Assembly: GCA_963736115.1 (NCBI GenBank)
Contig: CAVTNR010000027.1
Span: 96,001 to 160,000, forward strand
Direction of reading: 5' to 3'
Origin: an uncultured bacterium
GTDB lineage: Bacteria; Zhuqueibacterota; QNDG01; DTFT01
DNA length: 64,000 nt
Below, piece by piece: positions 41,859 through 52,517 of the stretch. The position numbers and the translations under genes are program-made. Below the pieces are notes generated by a model. The model had not been told where the DNA came from, searched no databases, and saw only the letters and a program-made list of their open reading frames with translations. The stretch's first letter is position 1; every line of letters starts with the position of its first letter.

Positions 41859-42876
41859 TCAGAAGGTCATCCCGATCGAGAACTTCTGGATCTCCTTCAG
41901 CACCCCGAAATCCGCCCACGCGTAGTCCAGCATCAGGGACGATGTTCCGAACATCCTGTATTGCACGCCCCCGCCGAACGTCAGACCCTCCTCGCTGTCC
42001 TTCGCGAACAGGCTCTTGTATCCCGCGCGCAGAGCCACCATCCGGTGAAACACGTACTCCGCGCCCACGTTCACGCTCTCCACGTCGTCGTTCGGATGAA
42101 GCGCGTCCACCGCCAGCGTCAGATTGCTGTCGTACAGACCCTTCAGAACGTCCACGCTCATCCCCACACGGAACAAAAGCGGCATGTCCCACTTGTCCGT
42201 CTGAAGATTCGCGTTGATGTTCGGGTTGTTCCCAGACACCGTCGCGTCGATGTCCTTCTGAACCAGCGCGTCCTGGCCGCCCATCTGCATCTTCGTTCCG
42301 TAATTCGATATGCTCATCCCCAGACGAAGTCCCTCCAGCTGGGTGTCGAACAGCGTCCCCACGTCGAACGCCATGCCCCGCGCGTTCATGTGAAAGATCT
42401 TCTCCTGAACGTACTTCGCGTTGAACCCGATCGAAAACCGGTCCGTCAGATTCCGGGCGTAGCTCAGCGCGAACGCGTAGCTCCCGGCCGAAAACGTCTC
42501 CCCGGTCCCCTCCGGCTCCATCGTCGTCGTCCGGTCCATGTCCCCCATCGTCAGGAACTGAGCGCTCACGCCCAGAACCCCCACGCCACCCACCGGAACC
42601 GCTACCGCCGCGTGGTTGTACGCGATGTCCGCGATCCACTGCGTGTTGCTGAACGACGCCTGGCCGCCCTTCATCCGGGCGATCCCAGCCGGATTCCAGT
42701 ACACCCCGCTGATGTCGTCCACCACCGACACGAACGCGCTCCCCATCCCGACGCCCACGAGCGCCCTGGTCGATGTTCAGAAACGCCGCCGACGTCGTCC
42801 CCGCCTTCGTCACCTCCCGGCCGTATGCCGGGAAGGACAGGAGCAACGCCATCCCCATGATTGCTAGTTTCTTCAT
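41859..42876 (-). CDS. porV: PorV/PorQ-family protein, copy B; one-base frameshift at 42754-42756
   Basis: Mature region nearly identical to copy A; an extra G in ARG-GVGMG breaks the frame. Confidence 0.85.
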
Positions 42877-42919
42877 CAGAAGTCTCCTTTATCGATTGTC
42901 GAGCCCGATTCCTCAACAC

Positions 42920-43034
42920 AGTTCATTGTTCATGGTTCATAGTTCATAGTTAAAAAAGGTATTTTGTCGCTTCATGTTTTCCGTTGTTCCCGATCCTCTT
43001 TCAACCATGAACTATGAACCATGAACTATGAACT
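42920..43034. repeat. Inverted heptamer arrays between the CTD-protein gene and porV (copy B)
   Basis: Arrays at 42920-42951 and 43003-43034; spacer homologous to copy A. Confidence 0.85.
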
Positions 43035-43035
43035 T

Positions 43036-46000
43036 TTATTTGACGATCGCGAACTTCCCGACCTTCTGCCCGGCGTCGCCGGCATCGACGTGAAAGACGT
43101 ACACGCCGTAGGCGACGTCAAGGTTGTCCCTGGACCGCATGTCCCAGATCTCGGTGCCGTCCGCGATGGCCGGCGTGTTGTGGTCGATCGTCTGCACCAG
43201 CTGGCCCCGCACGTTGAAGATCTTGATCGTGCACACCGCAGGCAGGTGGATGAAGTGCAGTTCCCGGGGTCCGCGGCCCGACGTGTAGGGGTTCGGCGGC
43301 TCCCACGCGTTGGAGATGATATACGGATTGGGCACGACCTTCACGTTCTTCAGCTGTTCCTTTGCGGCCGCGGCGTCGATCGTTTCCTTGCGGACCGTGA
43401 ACTCCACGACGTCATGCGACAGGAACGGCTTGTCCAGGCGCAGGGTGATGTGGTCGCCCGGCGAGGGATTCGTCAGCGTGCTGTCATAAGTAGTGGCGTC
43501 GAGCTGGAACATGAAACCCACCGCGCCCGTGTCGTTCATCATGATGATCTGGTCCGTCCTCAGCCGCCTCGGATTGGTGAAGGCGCTGAACCGGCCGTCC
43601 GTCCCGTCCTGCTCGATGAACGCGAAATTGATCTCGGTCTTGATCTCGCCCGTGTCCGAGGGGATGATCTTGTAGGCCCTGAAGTTCACGGGCACGGAGG
43701 CGAATGTCGTCGTGCCCCGGATGAATGGGGTCGATTGGCCGACGCTGTCCGCACCGAACTCGATGCGGTAATCCGCGGGCACCGGAACCGTCGTGATCCG
43801 CGTCCAGCGGTACGGCGCGAACGTGTAGGTGTACAGGCCGGGACGGCTCCAGGCGGAACGCTCCGCATCCAGAATCAGTTCCGCCTCATTGGTGAACGCG
43901 AACTTGAACCCGTCGATCGTCGGAGACTCGTCCAGATCCGACAAACTCCGGCTCCGATCCACCAGAAGCCGCGGCGCGGACGGATCGGTGACGTCCGTCA
44001 GCGTGAAGCTCTCGGTGATGGGCGCCAGATTCGTGATCGTCCGCATCGTGTCCTCGAACGTGAACCGGTAGGTGTGGCCGTCGAGGATGCTGGTGGGCTC
44101 CACGATGTTGAAACTCACATAACCGGTAGCCGTGCTGCCGGGCATATTCCGCAGGGTCGCGATCTGCGAGGGCAGATACCCGGCCGAGGGCGCCTCGGGC
44201 GTGACGATGACCACGTTGGTGCCCTTCGAAACCTCGCCACCCGTGCTGATGGCGATGAACTTCGGGCACTCCGAGGGCGCGATTCCGCTCTCCGGATCGC
44301 CGTGGTCGTACGCGGTCACGGCGTAATAGTACTTCTGGCCGTTCTTCACCGTGGTGTCGGTCCAGGTGTGACGGAGTCCGGTGTTCTCGCCGAGGTCGAA
44401 GCAGACGCCCTTCAGGGGCACCGGCGACAGTCCGGAGAACTCGTTGTCAATATCGAACTGCTTGACCGGCCTCCGGTAGGTGGTCGAACCGTAGCTGTCC
44501 GTGATCGGCGTGCAGTCGTTCCACCCCGGATCCGTGGAGCGGTAGATCCGGTATCCCTCGAAATCCTCGCCCAGAATGGGATCGACCGTGTGTTCGGCCA
44601 GGTTGTCCCAATTGAGCGTCACTTTCCGGTTCCCGGCCGTGGCCCAGACCGTCGGAATGGCCGGGAGACTTGGAGAAGTTGTAGTTCTCCTCATAGGCCT
44701 TTGTCACCCAGCCGGTATTGTACACCATTTCGGCCCGGCCTTCGTCCAGGGTGGGACCGTCGGCCAGAACCACGCCCATGGAGAACCGCTGGAAAGTACC
44801 CGGCTCCATCGGGAAATATCCGGAGCCCCACATGATTTCCGTGTTCTGGCGCTGGAGCCGGTCGTCGAGCATGCCGGGTCTGAGCATGCCCCAGACGCCT
44901 TCGTCGTCGTACTGCGGAATCGAGCTCCATTCATACAGATTGAAGCTGGTGAGCCCGATCATGTCGGTCTCGTGGATGTCGAGCTTGTCGAAACGCGGCT
45001 CTCCGTTCGTGGGCCTGCCGTCCTTTTCGCCGGGATCGTTCGTGGAAGGCGCGCCGTCCTGGCCCGTGTCATCGTCCTTCGCGAGCCAGTCACCGTCGTT
45101 GTCCACCCCGTCATCACGGCGCTCGTCGATCATCCGGTTGTCGCTGCCCTCGCCCGTGATGTAGTTGACATACTTCACGCCCGGATTGGCGTACAGGTAG
45201 CGCACGATCTGGTTGGGTTCCGTGCCGAACACGGACCCGTCGTTCTCGTCGATGATGCCGTTGAGGTTGTCGTCGATGAGGTTCTGCGGGTATTCCGCCA
45301 CAACCTTGCCCGGCCAGAACTTGTATTCGATGTTCTGGTAGGCGATCCGGACCGTATCATCCGGCATGGGCATGACGGTCCGCTCGAAAGTCAGGTAATC
45401 GATCTTCACGATCGTCTCGCCCGCACGGAGCGTGCGTTCGGCGAACATGGCCTCGTCGATCAGGCCGCCCGATCCGTTGATGCCGTCCCCGTCATTGTCG
45501 ATGCCGTCATCGGGATTACCCGGGCTTTCGAGGAAAGCGCCGCCGATCAGGGCGACCGGCGTGTAGCCGCCGCCGCCGAGGTTGTCATAATCGTACATAT
45601 AGGCGATGTCCGTGTCGAGCTCGTACGCGCCGCAGTCGTCGGCGCCGTCGCTCTGTCCGGACATGGTGTCGCCCAGGTTGTTCCCGACCTTGAATCCGAA
45701 CACCATCTTGTCGTGGTGATGCGAACTGTAGTTTTCGAAGTCGAACAGGATGAACAGCGCGTTCTCGACCAGCGCGTTCGACCACTGCAGGCCGCGGACG
45801 TACATGCGCAGGCCCAGCCCCTGCCGGCTGCGGTCCGCGGGATCCGGGTAGAACTTCCATTCCTTGTTCTGTGAATCGTCGCCCACATAGTAGCTTTCCT
45901 CGTCGGCGTTGAACTGGTCCTTGCCGAAATACCCGTTCCAGGCCGCGCGGCCCGGAATGCCGTCCACCGCGTCGTTCGCCCATCCCGCGTCGACCGGGTC

Positions 46001-46514
46001 GTCCGACTTGTCCGGCCAGAACGAGGGCCACGACCACTTCCACTTGCTCATGGCGATGCGGGGCGTCCGGCTCATCTCCGCCGGCGGAGCCTCGTTGTAG
46101 AACCCCCGCAGCGGCAGGAACGTCCACCAGTACTGGCCGTCCGGACTGCCGTCGCCCGAAGAGTTCTCGCTCTCCGGCGCGGACGCCGCGCTGCGGACCG
46201 TGGACGTGATGTGCCGGAGCTGGCCATCCTCGTCGATCACCTCGGAGCCCACGAAGGGGTTGCCGTCGAGCATGTAAATGTGGCCGGAGCCGATCGGCCA
46301 TTCGCCGCCGATGTCGCTGGTGCTGTTCCGGTTGTTGCCCCACGTGCCCGTCGTTGTAGAACGTGGTGCGGAACTGGTTGCCGGCGTGCTCCCCGCTCAC
46401 GATGATGTTCTGGTCGCCGTAGAGCGTCCCCAACTGGGATTGGCCGGAGAGCCGGCCCGCCGCCAATCCGACCAGGACCGCCGCCCAGACGCCGTAAATT
46501 CGAATGGATTTCAT
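43036..46514 (-). CDS. Large exported Asp/Gly-rich T9SS-CTD protein, copy B; frameshifts at 46347-46349 and 44663-44665
   Basis: Three ORF pieces are colinear with copy A; removing one G and one C restores NDGTWGN and FSKSPAIPT. Confidence 0.8.
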
Positions 46515-46537
46515 TGCGTTCTCCTTCACGTTTCCGG

Positions 46538-49500
46538 TTAGAATCCGACGGACAGGCCCATCTGAACCTGGCGCGGGGCCGTGTACCAGCCGGGCTGACG
46601 CACGAATTCGGAGACGGTTCCGACCCGGCCCGCGTCATAGGGCTGGGTGGCGACGGAAACCGTGGTGGTGTAGTCCGCGCTGCCCGTGTCGCTGTACACG
46701 GTCAGTTCGTCGCGGATGTCGAACAGGTTATAGACATTGAGGAACCATCCGAGACGAAGACCCGCCGCGCGGAACTGCCGGTTGACGTACAAATCCACGT
46801 TCTTCTGCGCCGGCTTGTACATGCTGTTCTCGCGGAGCGCGCTGGTCGCCGTGCCGCCGGTCTGCTCCCCGGTCCGGAACGAAGGCGTATAGGGCGTGCC
46901 GGTGTAGTAGCGACCGATCAGGGAGGCCGTCCAGGATCCCGCGCGGAATTCCACGCGGCCGTTGGCCGTGTGACGCTGGTCCCAGGCCATGGGAATCAGG
47001 GAAATGCGGGGTTCGTTCTGGTTGAGCGCCGCGACAAAGGCCTCGTTCGGGCTGGAGAACGTGCCCTCGGCGACCTCGTACATGTAGTCCACAAAGGCCG
47101 CGAAATGGTTCGAGTAGCGCTTGGACAGCTTGAAGGTCAATCCGCGGATGTTGGCGTAGTCCTTGTTCTCCCACTTCGCGTAGAACACCGAGGCCTGGGA
47201 GGTGCTGATCAGGTTGCTCGTCGACACCCAGTCGCGCACGTCCCGGTAGAACACGGTGACGTCGATGCCCACGTCCTGCAGAATCTGCTGCTGCAGCCCG
47301 ATCTCGTACTGCGTGGTCCGCTGGGGCTTCAGCGCCGCGTTCCCGAAAATGAGGTCCTGGTTGTTGACGCCCAGGCCGCCGGCCGGCATCTTGAAATCCG
47401 GGTTGGTGTACAGGTACTGGAATTCCGGAATCTGGAAAAAATGCCCGTACGAAAAGTGGATCACGCCCCGGTCCGTGATCGGGTACGAAACGCCCAGCCT
47501 CGGAGACACGGCCATCCGGGCATCCACCTTCTTCTGCATGAACGCCCGCCGCTCCTCAGGCGTGTACGTCTCAAACTGCGCCTGATAGGCCGTCAGGTCC
47601 GGTCCCGACAGCGGCGTGGAAGGCGGAACGTAGCCCTTGTAGATGTGCTCGGGCTTGAAGGGATAATACACGCTCGGATCCGAGGGATCGGCCGGAACCA
47701 CGCTGTTGGCGTCGAAATAATCGAAGCGGAGCCCCAGGTTCACGATCAGGTCCTTGAGCTCGATCTTGTCCTGACCGTACACCGCGAGCTCCCGCGGCGA
47801 ACGGTCGTATTTCTGGCGGTAGATGCTCGACAGGTCCGGAATCGACGGCTCGAACGGAACGATGGTCGTGGTGCCCGAAACCGCCGGCCGGATGGTGAAC
47901 TGGTCCAGCAGAAGATTATGATGGCGGTACTCGAATCCCGTCTTGATCTGGTGGACGGATCCCGCCTGGTGCGTCAGATCCATCTTGGCCACCCAGTACG
48001 ATGTCGTCCGGTCCATATTGAACAGCGAATTGCCCGCCCGGTAAAGACTGTACGCGGCCGGCTGCTGGCTCGAATCCGGATGCACGTAGCCGGCCGGGCC
48101 TGCCGGATCCGTATAATAATGAAAACTCCGACGGTCGTTCTGAATCTCGGTCAGCCGGGACTGTCCTTCGGCTGTCGAAGGATCGAACGTTTCGGCCGGC
48201 AGTCCCCGGTTCACATCCTCGTCCACGGCCACCCGGTACTTGCTCTTCGCCAGCGGGTCGTCGTAGACGTGCTGCTCGTAGCGGGTCTTGAAATGGCTGA
48301 GCCTGAGCTCATAGAAAGTCTGCGACGAGAGAATATGGTTCAGGGAAAGAATGTGGGTGCGGGCCTTGCTCGACTGCTGTGGCGTGCCGCCCGGAACATA
48401 GGTGTAGAGCTGGTTGTAGAGCCGCTCGTTCTCCGACTGGCTGACGAACAGGTTGTAGCTCAAATTGATGTGCGGCCTGATCTTGTAGGCCACCTTGCCC
48501 TGGAACGAACTCCGCGTGTGGGGATTCAGCGCCACGACCGAACTGTCGCCCGTGTGACCCTGAGGCGTGTAGAACTCGCGGCCGTACAGGTATCCCTCGT
48601 CGGACAGAAAGCGGGCGTTCGTGAAGAACGTCATCCGCTTGTTCGTCAGGGGAACCGGCCCGCTCAGCGTGAACTCTCCGTTGGCCACGGGATTGAACTT
48701 CCGGAGCGGGTTCTCGTACTTCCCGGCGCCCGTGGTGGCCCCCGAGATCGCGTTCACGGCCGGCGCCCAGCTCTTCAGGATCTTATACGCCGGGTCCGTG
48801 CTGACGTAATCGCCGACATAACCGGAGATCTCGCCCGTGTAGCGGTCGCTGCCCTCCTTGGTGATGTATTTCACGATGCCCGACATGGCCTGACCGTATT
48901 CGGCGTTGAATGTGCCGCTGACCACCTGCATCTCCTGAATCGAGTTCGTCTCCACCGAAACGCCGTTGTATCCGTTGTACACGTCCGTCGTGGATACGCC
49001 GTCCACCCAGTACGCCACCTCGCCCCGACGCCCGCCGCGGATGTGGATGTCACCCCCCTGACGGATCACGCCGGCCTGCAGCTGGAGAATGTCCTCAACG
49101 TTCCGAACCGGAAGGTTCGCGATTTCATCCGCGCCTACCGTCGACAGCGAACCCGTCATGTCCTTCCGGACCAGCGGTTTCTCCGCCACAATGGTCACGG
49201 TCTCGTCCGATTCGATCACGGTCGAGGCCAGGTCCACGTCCAGAGCGGTCGTGAAATCAACGGACACGCGGATGTTCTCGACCACGGTCCGGCGGTAACC
49301 CATGAGGGTCAACCGGAGCGCGTAGGAACCCGGTGGAAGGCCGAGAATCTGGTACTCGCCCTTCTCGTCCGTGATGGCGCCGAACGATGTGCCCTGCACC
49401 AGAACGTTCACGCCGATCAGCGGAGACTTGTTGCCGGCGTCCTTCACCGTGCCGGCGATTTTTCCCGTGTTTCCGGCGAACACTCCCGCCCAGCTGAACA

Positions 49501-49555
49501 GGGCGAGAAGGAGAAACCAGGCCGGAAGCGCTCTGAAGACGGAGGTTTTTCTCAT
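46538..49555 (-). CDS. TonB-dependent receptor, copy B
   Basis: Same motifs as copy A; start at MRKTS with RBS. Confidence 0.92.
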   Translation of the reverse strand: MRKTSVFRALPAWFLLLALFSWAGVFAGNTGKIAGTVKDAGNKSPLIGVNVLVQGTSFGAITDEKGEYQILGLPPGSYALRLTLMGYRRTVVENIRVSVDFTTALDVDLASTVIESDETVTIVAEKPLVRKDMTGSLSTVGADEIANLPVRNVEDILQLQAGVIRQGGDIHIRGGRRGEVAYWVDGVSTTDVYNGYNGVSVETNSIQEMQVVSGTFNAEYGQAMSGIVKYITKEGSDRYTGEISGYVGDYVSTDPAYKILKSWAPAVNAISGATTGAGKYENPLRKFNPVANGEFTLSGPVPLTNKRMTFFTNARFLSDEGYLYGREFYTPQGHTGDSSVVALNPHTRSSFQGKVAYKIRPHINLSYNLFVSQSENERLYNQLYTYVPGGTPQQSSKARTHILSLNHILSSQTFYELRLSHFKTRYEQHVYDDPLAKSKYRVAVDEDVNRGLPAETFDPSTAEGQSRLTEIQNDRRSFHYYTDPAGPAGYVHPDSSQQPAAYSLYRAGNSLFNMDRTTSYWVAKMDLTHQAGSVHQIKTGFEYRHHNLLLDQFTIRPAVSGTTTIVPFEPSIPDLSSIYRQKYDRSPRELAVYGQDKIELKDLIVNLGLRFDYFDANSVVPADPSDPSVYYPFKPEHIYKGYVPPSTPLSGPDLTAYQAQFETYTPEERRAFMQKKVDARMAVSPRLGVSYPITDRGVIHFSYGHFFQIPEFQYLYTNPDFKMPAGGLGVNNQDLIFGNAALKPQRTTQYEIGLQQQILQDVGIDVTVFYRDVRDWVSTSNLISTSQASVFYAKWENKDYANIRGLTFKLSKRYSNHFAAFVDYMYEVAEGTFSSPNEAFVAALNQNEPRISLIPMAWDQRHTANGRVEFRAGSWTASLIGRYYTGTPYTPSFRTGEQTGGTATSALRENSMYKPAQKNVDLYVNRQFRAAGLRLGWFLNVYNLFDIRDELTVYSDTGSADYTTTVSVATQPYDAGRVGTVSEFVRQPGWYTAPRQVQMGLSVGF

Positions 49556-49823
49556 AGCCGTCGACTCCAAGTTTGGGGTTTTAAACGTTCTGGAACGATC
49601 CTGATGTAACTGCTGATTGATTCTCCCCGCCGTCCTGCCGCGCGGGACCCGGGAATGATATTGATGAATGATGGACATCAATCACTACGGATCTCCTTCC
49701 GAACCAGGATATACCCTGAAGCAATATGCGTTATCGTACACGCAAGTCCGTGAAACACTTTGCAGAATAAAACTCGAATGACGACTTAATGTGAACTTGG
49801 GTTAATCCTGGAAATGACCGGTT

Positions 49824-49852
49824 AAAGTAGGTAATTAACTATTTTAAGTCAA
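49824..49852 (-). promoter_or_regulatory. Putative sigma70 promoter of cassette B
   Basis: TTGACT-17-TACTTT about 270 nt upstream of the TBDR start. Confidence 0.6.
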
Positions 49853-49884
49853 GAGAAAATTATTGATGTTAAGTAAGCATATTA

Positions 49885-50040
49885 ATGAATGACCCCGCCG
49901 CAAGCGGCGGGGTATCACAGGAAATCTAGATGATGGACGCCGCAAGCGGCGGGGAATCAGACCCGTCGGAGCGGCCAGAAGCCAAATCTCCGATCATCCA
50001 GAAAAACTGGTACCAGAATCAAAAGGCTTCTGGCCGCCAG
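49885..50040 (-). mobile_element. 156-bp palindromic element, copy 2, overlapping the pdxT 3' end
   Basis: Reverse-complement homolog of 41493..41648 with the same length; preceded by TCAAT and ends in TTCAT. Confidence 0.8.
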
Positions 50041-50623
50041 ATTGAGCAACGAAATTATTGAGGAAATAACCATGTATGCGTGTATCGTCCGTCAGCTCGG
50101 GATGAAAGGTCATGCCGAGAATACGGCGGTTCCGCACCATGACCGGATCGGTCCCATGAAATCCGACCGCCTCCGTTCCCTTCCCCAGCGTCCGGATTCG
50201 GGGCGCCCGGATGAATACGCCATTCAGTTCAGGATCTGCGTTCATAAATGAAACGCGGACCGGAGCCGTGAAGGAATCGACCTGCCGGCCGTAGGCATTG
50301 CGCTCGACCTCGATGTCGATGAGGCCCAGCGTCTCCATGGCTACGCCCGAAACCCGGGTCGCCAGGGTGATCAAGCCTGCGCATGTGCCCATCACCGGCC
50401 GGTCGGCCGCAAAGGACCGGATCGATTCGAAGAGCCCGGTTTCCTTCAGCAGTTTGACGAAAGTGGTTGACTCCCCGCCCGGAAGAATCAGTCCGTCGCA
50501 CGCGTCCAGCTCCCCGGGCCGTCGGATGCGGGGCGCCTCGACGCCCAGCGCCTCCAGACTGCGGCGGTGCAGGCTGAAATCGCCCTGAACCGAGAGAACA
50601 CCGACAACCGTTTTTTTCACCAT
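49994..50623 (-). CDS. pdxT: PLP synthase glutaminase subunit
   Basis: GVL..QG, PGGEST, GTCAG, RNAYGRQ, FIRAP and FHPEL motifs. Confidence 0.96.
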   Translation of the reverse strand: MVKKTVVGVLSVQGDFSLHRRSLEALGVEAPRIRRPGELDACDGLILPGGESTTFVKLLKETGLFESIRSFAADRPVMGTCAGLITLATRVSGVAMETLGLIDIEVERNAYGRQVDSFTAPVRVSFMNADPELNGVFIRAPRIRTLGKGTEAVGFHGTDPVMVRNRRILGMTFHPELTDDTRIHGYFLNNFVAQSGGQKPFDSGTSFSG

Positions 50624-51510
50624 CCCCGTCCGGCCATGCGTTCGGATTCCGGAATGGACGCCATTTCCAGTCCGGGCATGGCGTCCGAAAGACCCTCGCT
50701 GGCTTTGGCCACCTGATCCGGATCGTCGTAATGCGTCGTGGCCGTGACAATGGCCTTGGCCCGGACAGCTGGATCCGATGATTTAAATATGCCCGATCCC
50801 ACAAAAATCGATTCCGCGCCGAGCTGCATCATCAGGGAGGCGTCCGCGGGCGTAGCCACGCCGCCGGCCGCAAAATTGGGAACCGGGAGTTTCTTCAGCC
50901 GTCGCACGGTTTCGAGCAGGTCGACCGGAACGCCCAATTCCTTGGCCCGTATCACTGTTTCCTCGTCCCCGAGGGATGCCGCCTCGCGGATGGCGGACTG
51001 TACGGTGCGCATGTGCCGTACGGCCTCGACAATGTTGCCCGTGCCCGGCTCTCCCTTGGTGCGTATCATGGCGGCGCCTTCCGCAATTCTGCGGAGGGCC
51101 TCCCCGAGGTCCCTGCAGCCGCAGACAAAAGGCGCCTTGAACTTCCATTTGTCCACATGATAGCGTTCGTCCGCGGGGGTGAGAACCTCACTTTCATCGA
51201 TGAAATCGACGCCCAGGGACTGAAGCACCTGCGCCTCGGCCAGATGACCGATGCGGCATTTGGCCATGACGGGGATGGACACCGCGTCCATGATTTCACG
51301 GATCACTCTGGGATTGGACATGCGCGCCACGCCGCCGTTTGCGCGGATATCCGCTGGAATGCGCTCCAGCGCCATCACCGACACGGCGCCCGCATCCTCG
51401 GCGATCTTGGCCTGGTCGGCATTGGTGACGTCCATGATGACGCCGCCCTTGAGCATTTCGGCCAGCCCGACCTTCAGGCGGTAGGCGTCGTCGGCTCGGA
51501 AAAAGTCCAT
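50617..51510 (-). CDS. pdxS: PLP synthase lyase subunit
   Basis: [41 protein letters not shown] and RGW motifs. Confidence 0.97.
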   Translation of the reverse strand: MDFFRADDAYRLKVGLAEMLKGGVIMDVTNADQAKIAEDAGAVSVMALERIPADIRANGGVARMSNPRVIREIMDAVSIPVMAKCRIGHLAEAQVLQSLGVDFIDESEVLTPADERYHVDKWKFKAPFVCGCRDLGEALRRIAEGAAMIRTKGEPGTGNIVEAVRHMRTVQSAIREAASLGDEETVIRAKELGVPVDLLETVRRLKKLPVPNFAAGGVATPADASLMMQLGAESIFVGSGIFKSSDPAVRAKAIVTATTHYDDPDQVAKASEGLSDAMPGLEMASIPESERMAGRGW

Positions 51511-51606
51511 ATTTATGTTCCTCCTGACTTAAGCCAATAATTTACGAAACTTTTCGGCTGAATTCAAGAATCCGCTTGCATTTCTCGAAAATATCGGTTA
51601 ATTAAT

Positions 51607-51822
51607 CGGGCGGCCAGAAGCCTGGTCATTTTGGTTCCGGTTATTCTGGATAATCGGAGATAGGGCTTCTGGCCGCTCCGACAGGTCGAGTACCCCGGGC
51701 CCGCGATGCCTTCAATAACCGGCATATGTTGCTTGGCCCCGCGAAGCCTTCATATAGCTGGCTTCTGTAGCTTGGTCCCGCGAAGCGGGACGGTACGGTA
51801 CGGGGCGGCCGGGGTCCTTCAT
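51607..51822 (+). mobile_element. 216-bp variant of the palindromic element, copy 3
   Basis: Shares the 5' ~85 nt and the GGGGTCCTTCAT end with copies 1 and 2; interior differs; preceded by TTAAT. Confidence 0.65.
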
Positions 51823-51844
51823 CCGTAAAACCGGAGGCAGGACA

Positions 51845-52495
51845 ATGTTGTGGACCGATCCGAGCGGACTGCGGTTTCTGTTCCCGTGGGTCCTGTGGAG
51901 GACATCGCCGGACGCGGTATCCCTGACTTTCGATGACGGTCCGGACCCGGAATGGACGCCCCGCGTACTCGACATTCTGGGCCAGGAGAATATCCAGGCC
52001 TCTTTTTTCCTGACCGGACGTAAAATCAGAGGGAATACCGGGATTCTGAGACGCATGGCCGCGGAAGGACATACGGCCGGAAACCACGGTTACACCCATA
52101 TTCCGCTGGCTTTCCGCAGGTCGGGCCGTATTCTGGCCGAAATCGGAAAAACGGATGCGGAAATCGAAAACGCGACCGGGAAAAAGCCCGCTCTGTTCCG
52201 TCCGCCGTACGGCCGTTTCGACCCGAGGTTCAGGGCCTGGATGCGCCGGAGCAGGCACACGCTCGTCATGTGGAGCCTGATGCCCGGCGACTTTCTGCCC
52301 GTCACGCCGGAAGCGCTCATTGCCGCGGTTCGGAAACGTCTGACCGGGGGCGCGGTGATCGTCCTGCACGACGGCCATGAACGCTCGGCCGGCATGGTCA
52401 AGGCGCTTCCCGGCATGCTGTCCGCAATCCGCGAAGCCGGCCTGGCCGTAAAACCGCCGGTTGCGGCGCCCCTGACCGCGCTCCGTCAGTCCTGA
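51845..52495 (+). CDS. Polysaccharide deacetylase (CE4/NodB)
   Basis: LTFDDGP, GNHGYTH, FRPPYG and VLHD motifs. Confidence 0.92.
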   Translation: MLWTDPSGLRFLFPWVLWRTSPDAVSLTFDDGPDPEWTPRVLDILGQENIQASFFLTGRKIRGNTGILRRMAAEGHTAGNHGYTHIPLAFRRSGRILAEIGKTDAEIENATGKKPALFRPPYGRFDPRFRAWMRRSRHTLVMWSLMPGDFLPVTPEALIAAVRKRLTGGAVIVLHDGHERSAGMVKALPGMLSAIREAGLAVKPPVAAPLTALRQS

Positions 52496-52517
52496 GAATC
52501 CCGCAAATGGACATCCG

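Noticed and set aside
33418-42876. Near-identical porV copies as a DGR template/variable repeat pair
   Set aside because: The differences I checked are synonymous and not adenine-specific, and there is no reverse transcriptase in the window.
46514-49609. 1031-aa plus-strand ORF, and similar long antisense ORFs (e.g. 43021..44835, 38907..40352, 36308..37999, 30339..31949, 61162..62727)
   Set aside because: Shadow frames opposite well-supported genes in high-GC DNA; no recognisable motifs.
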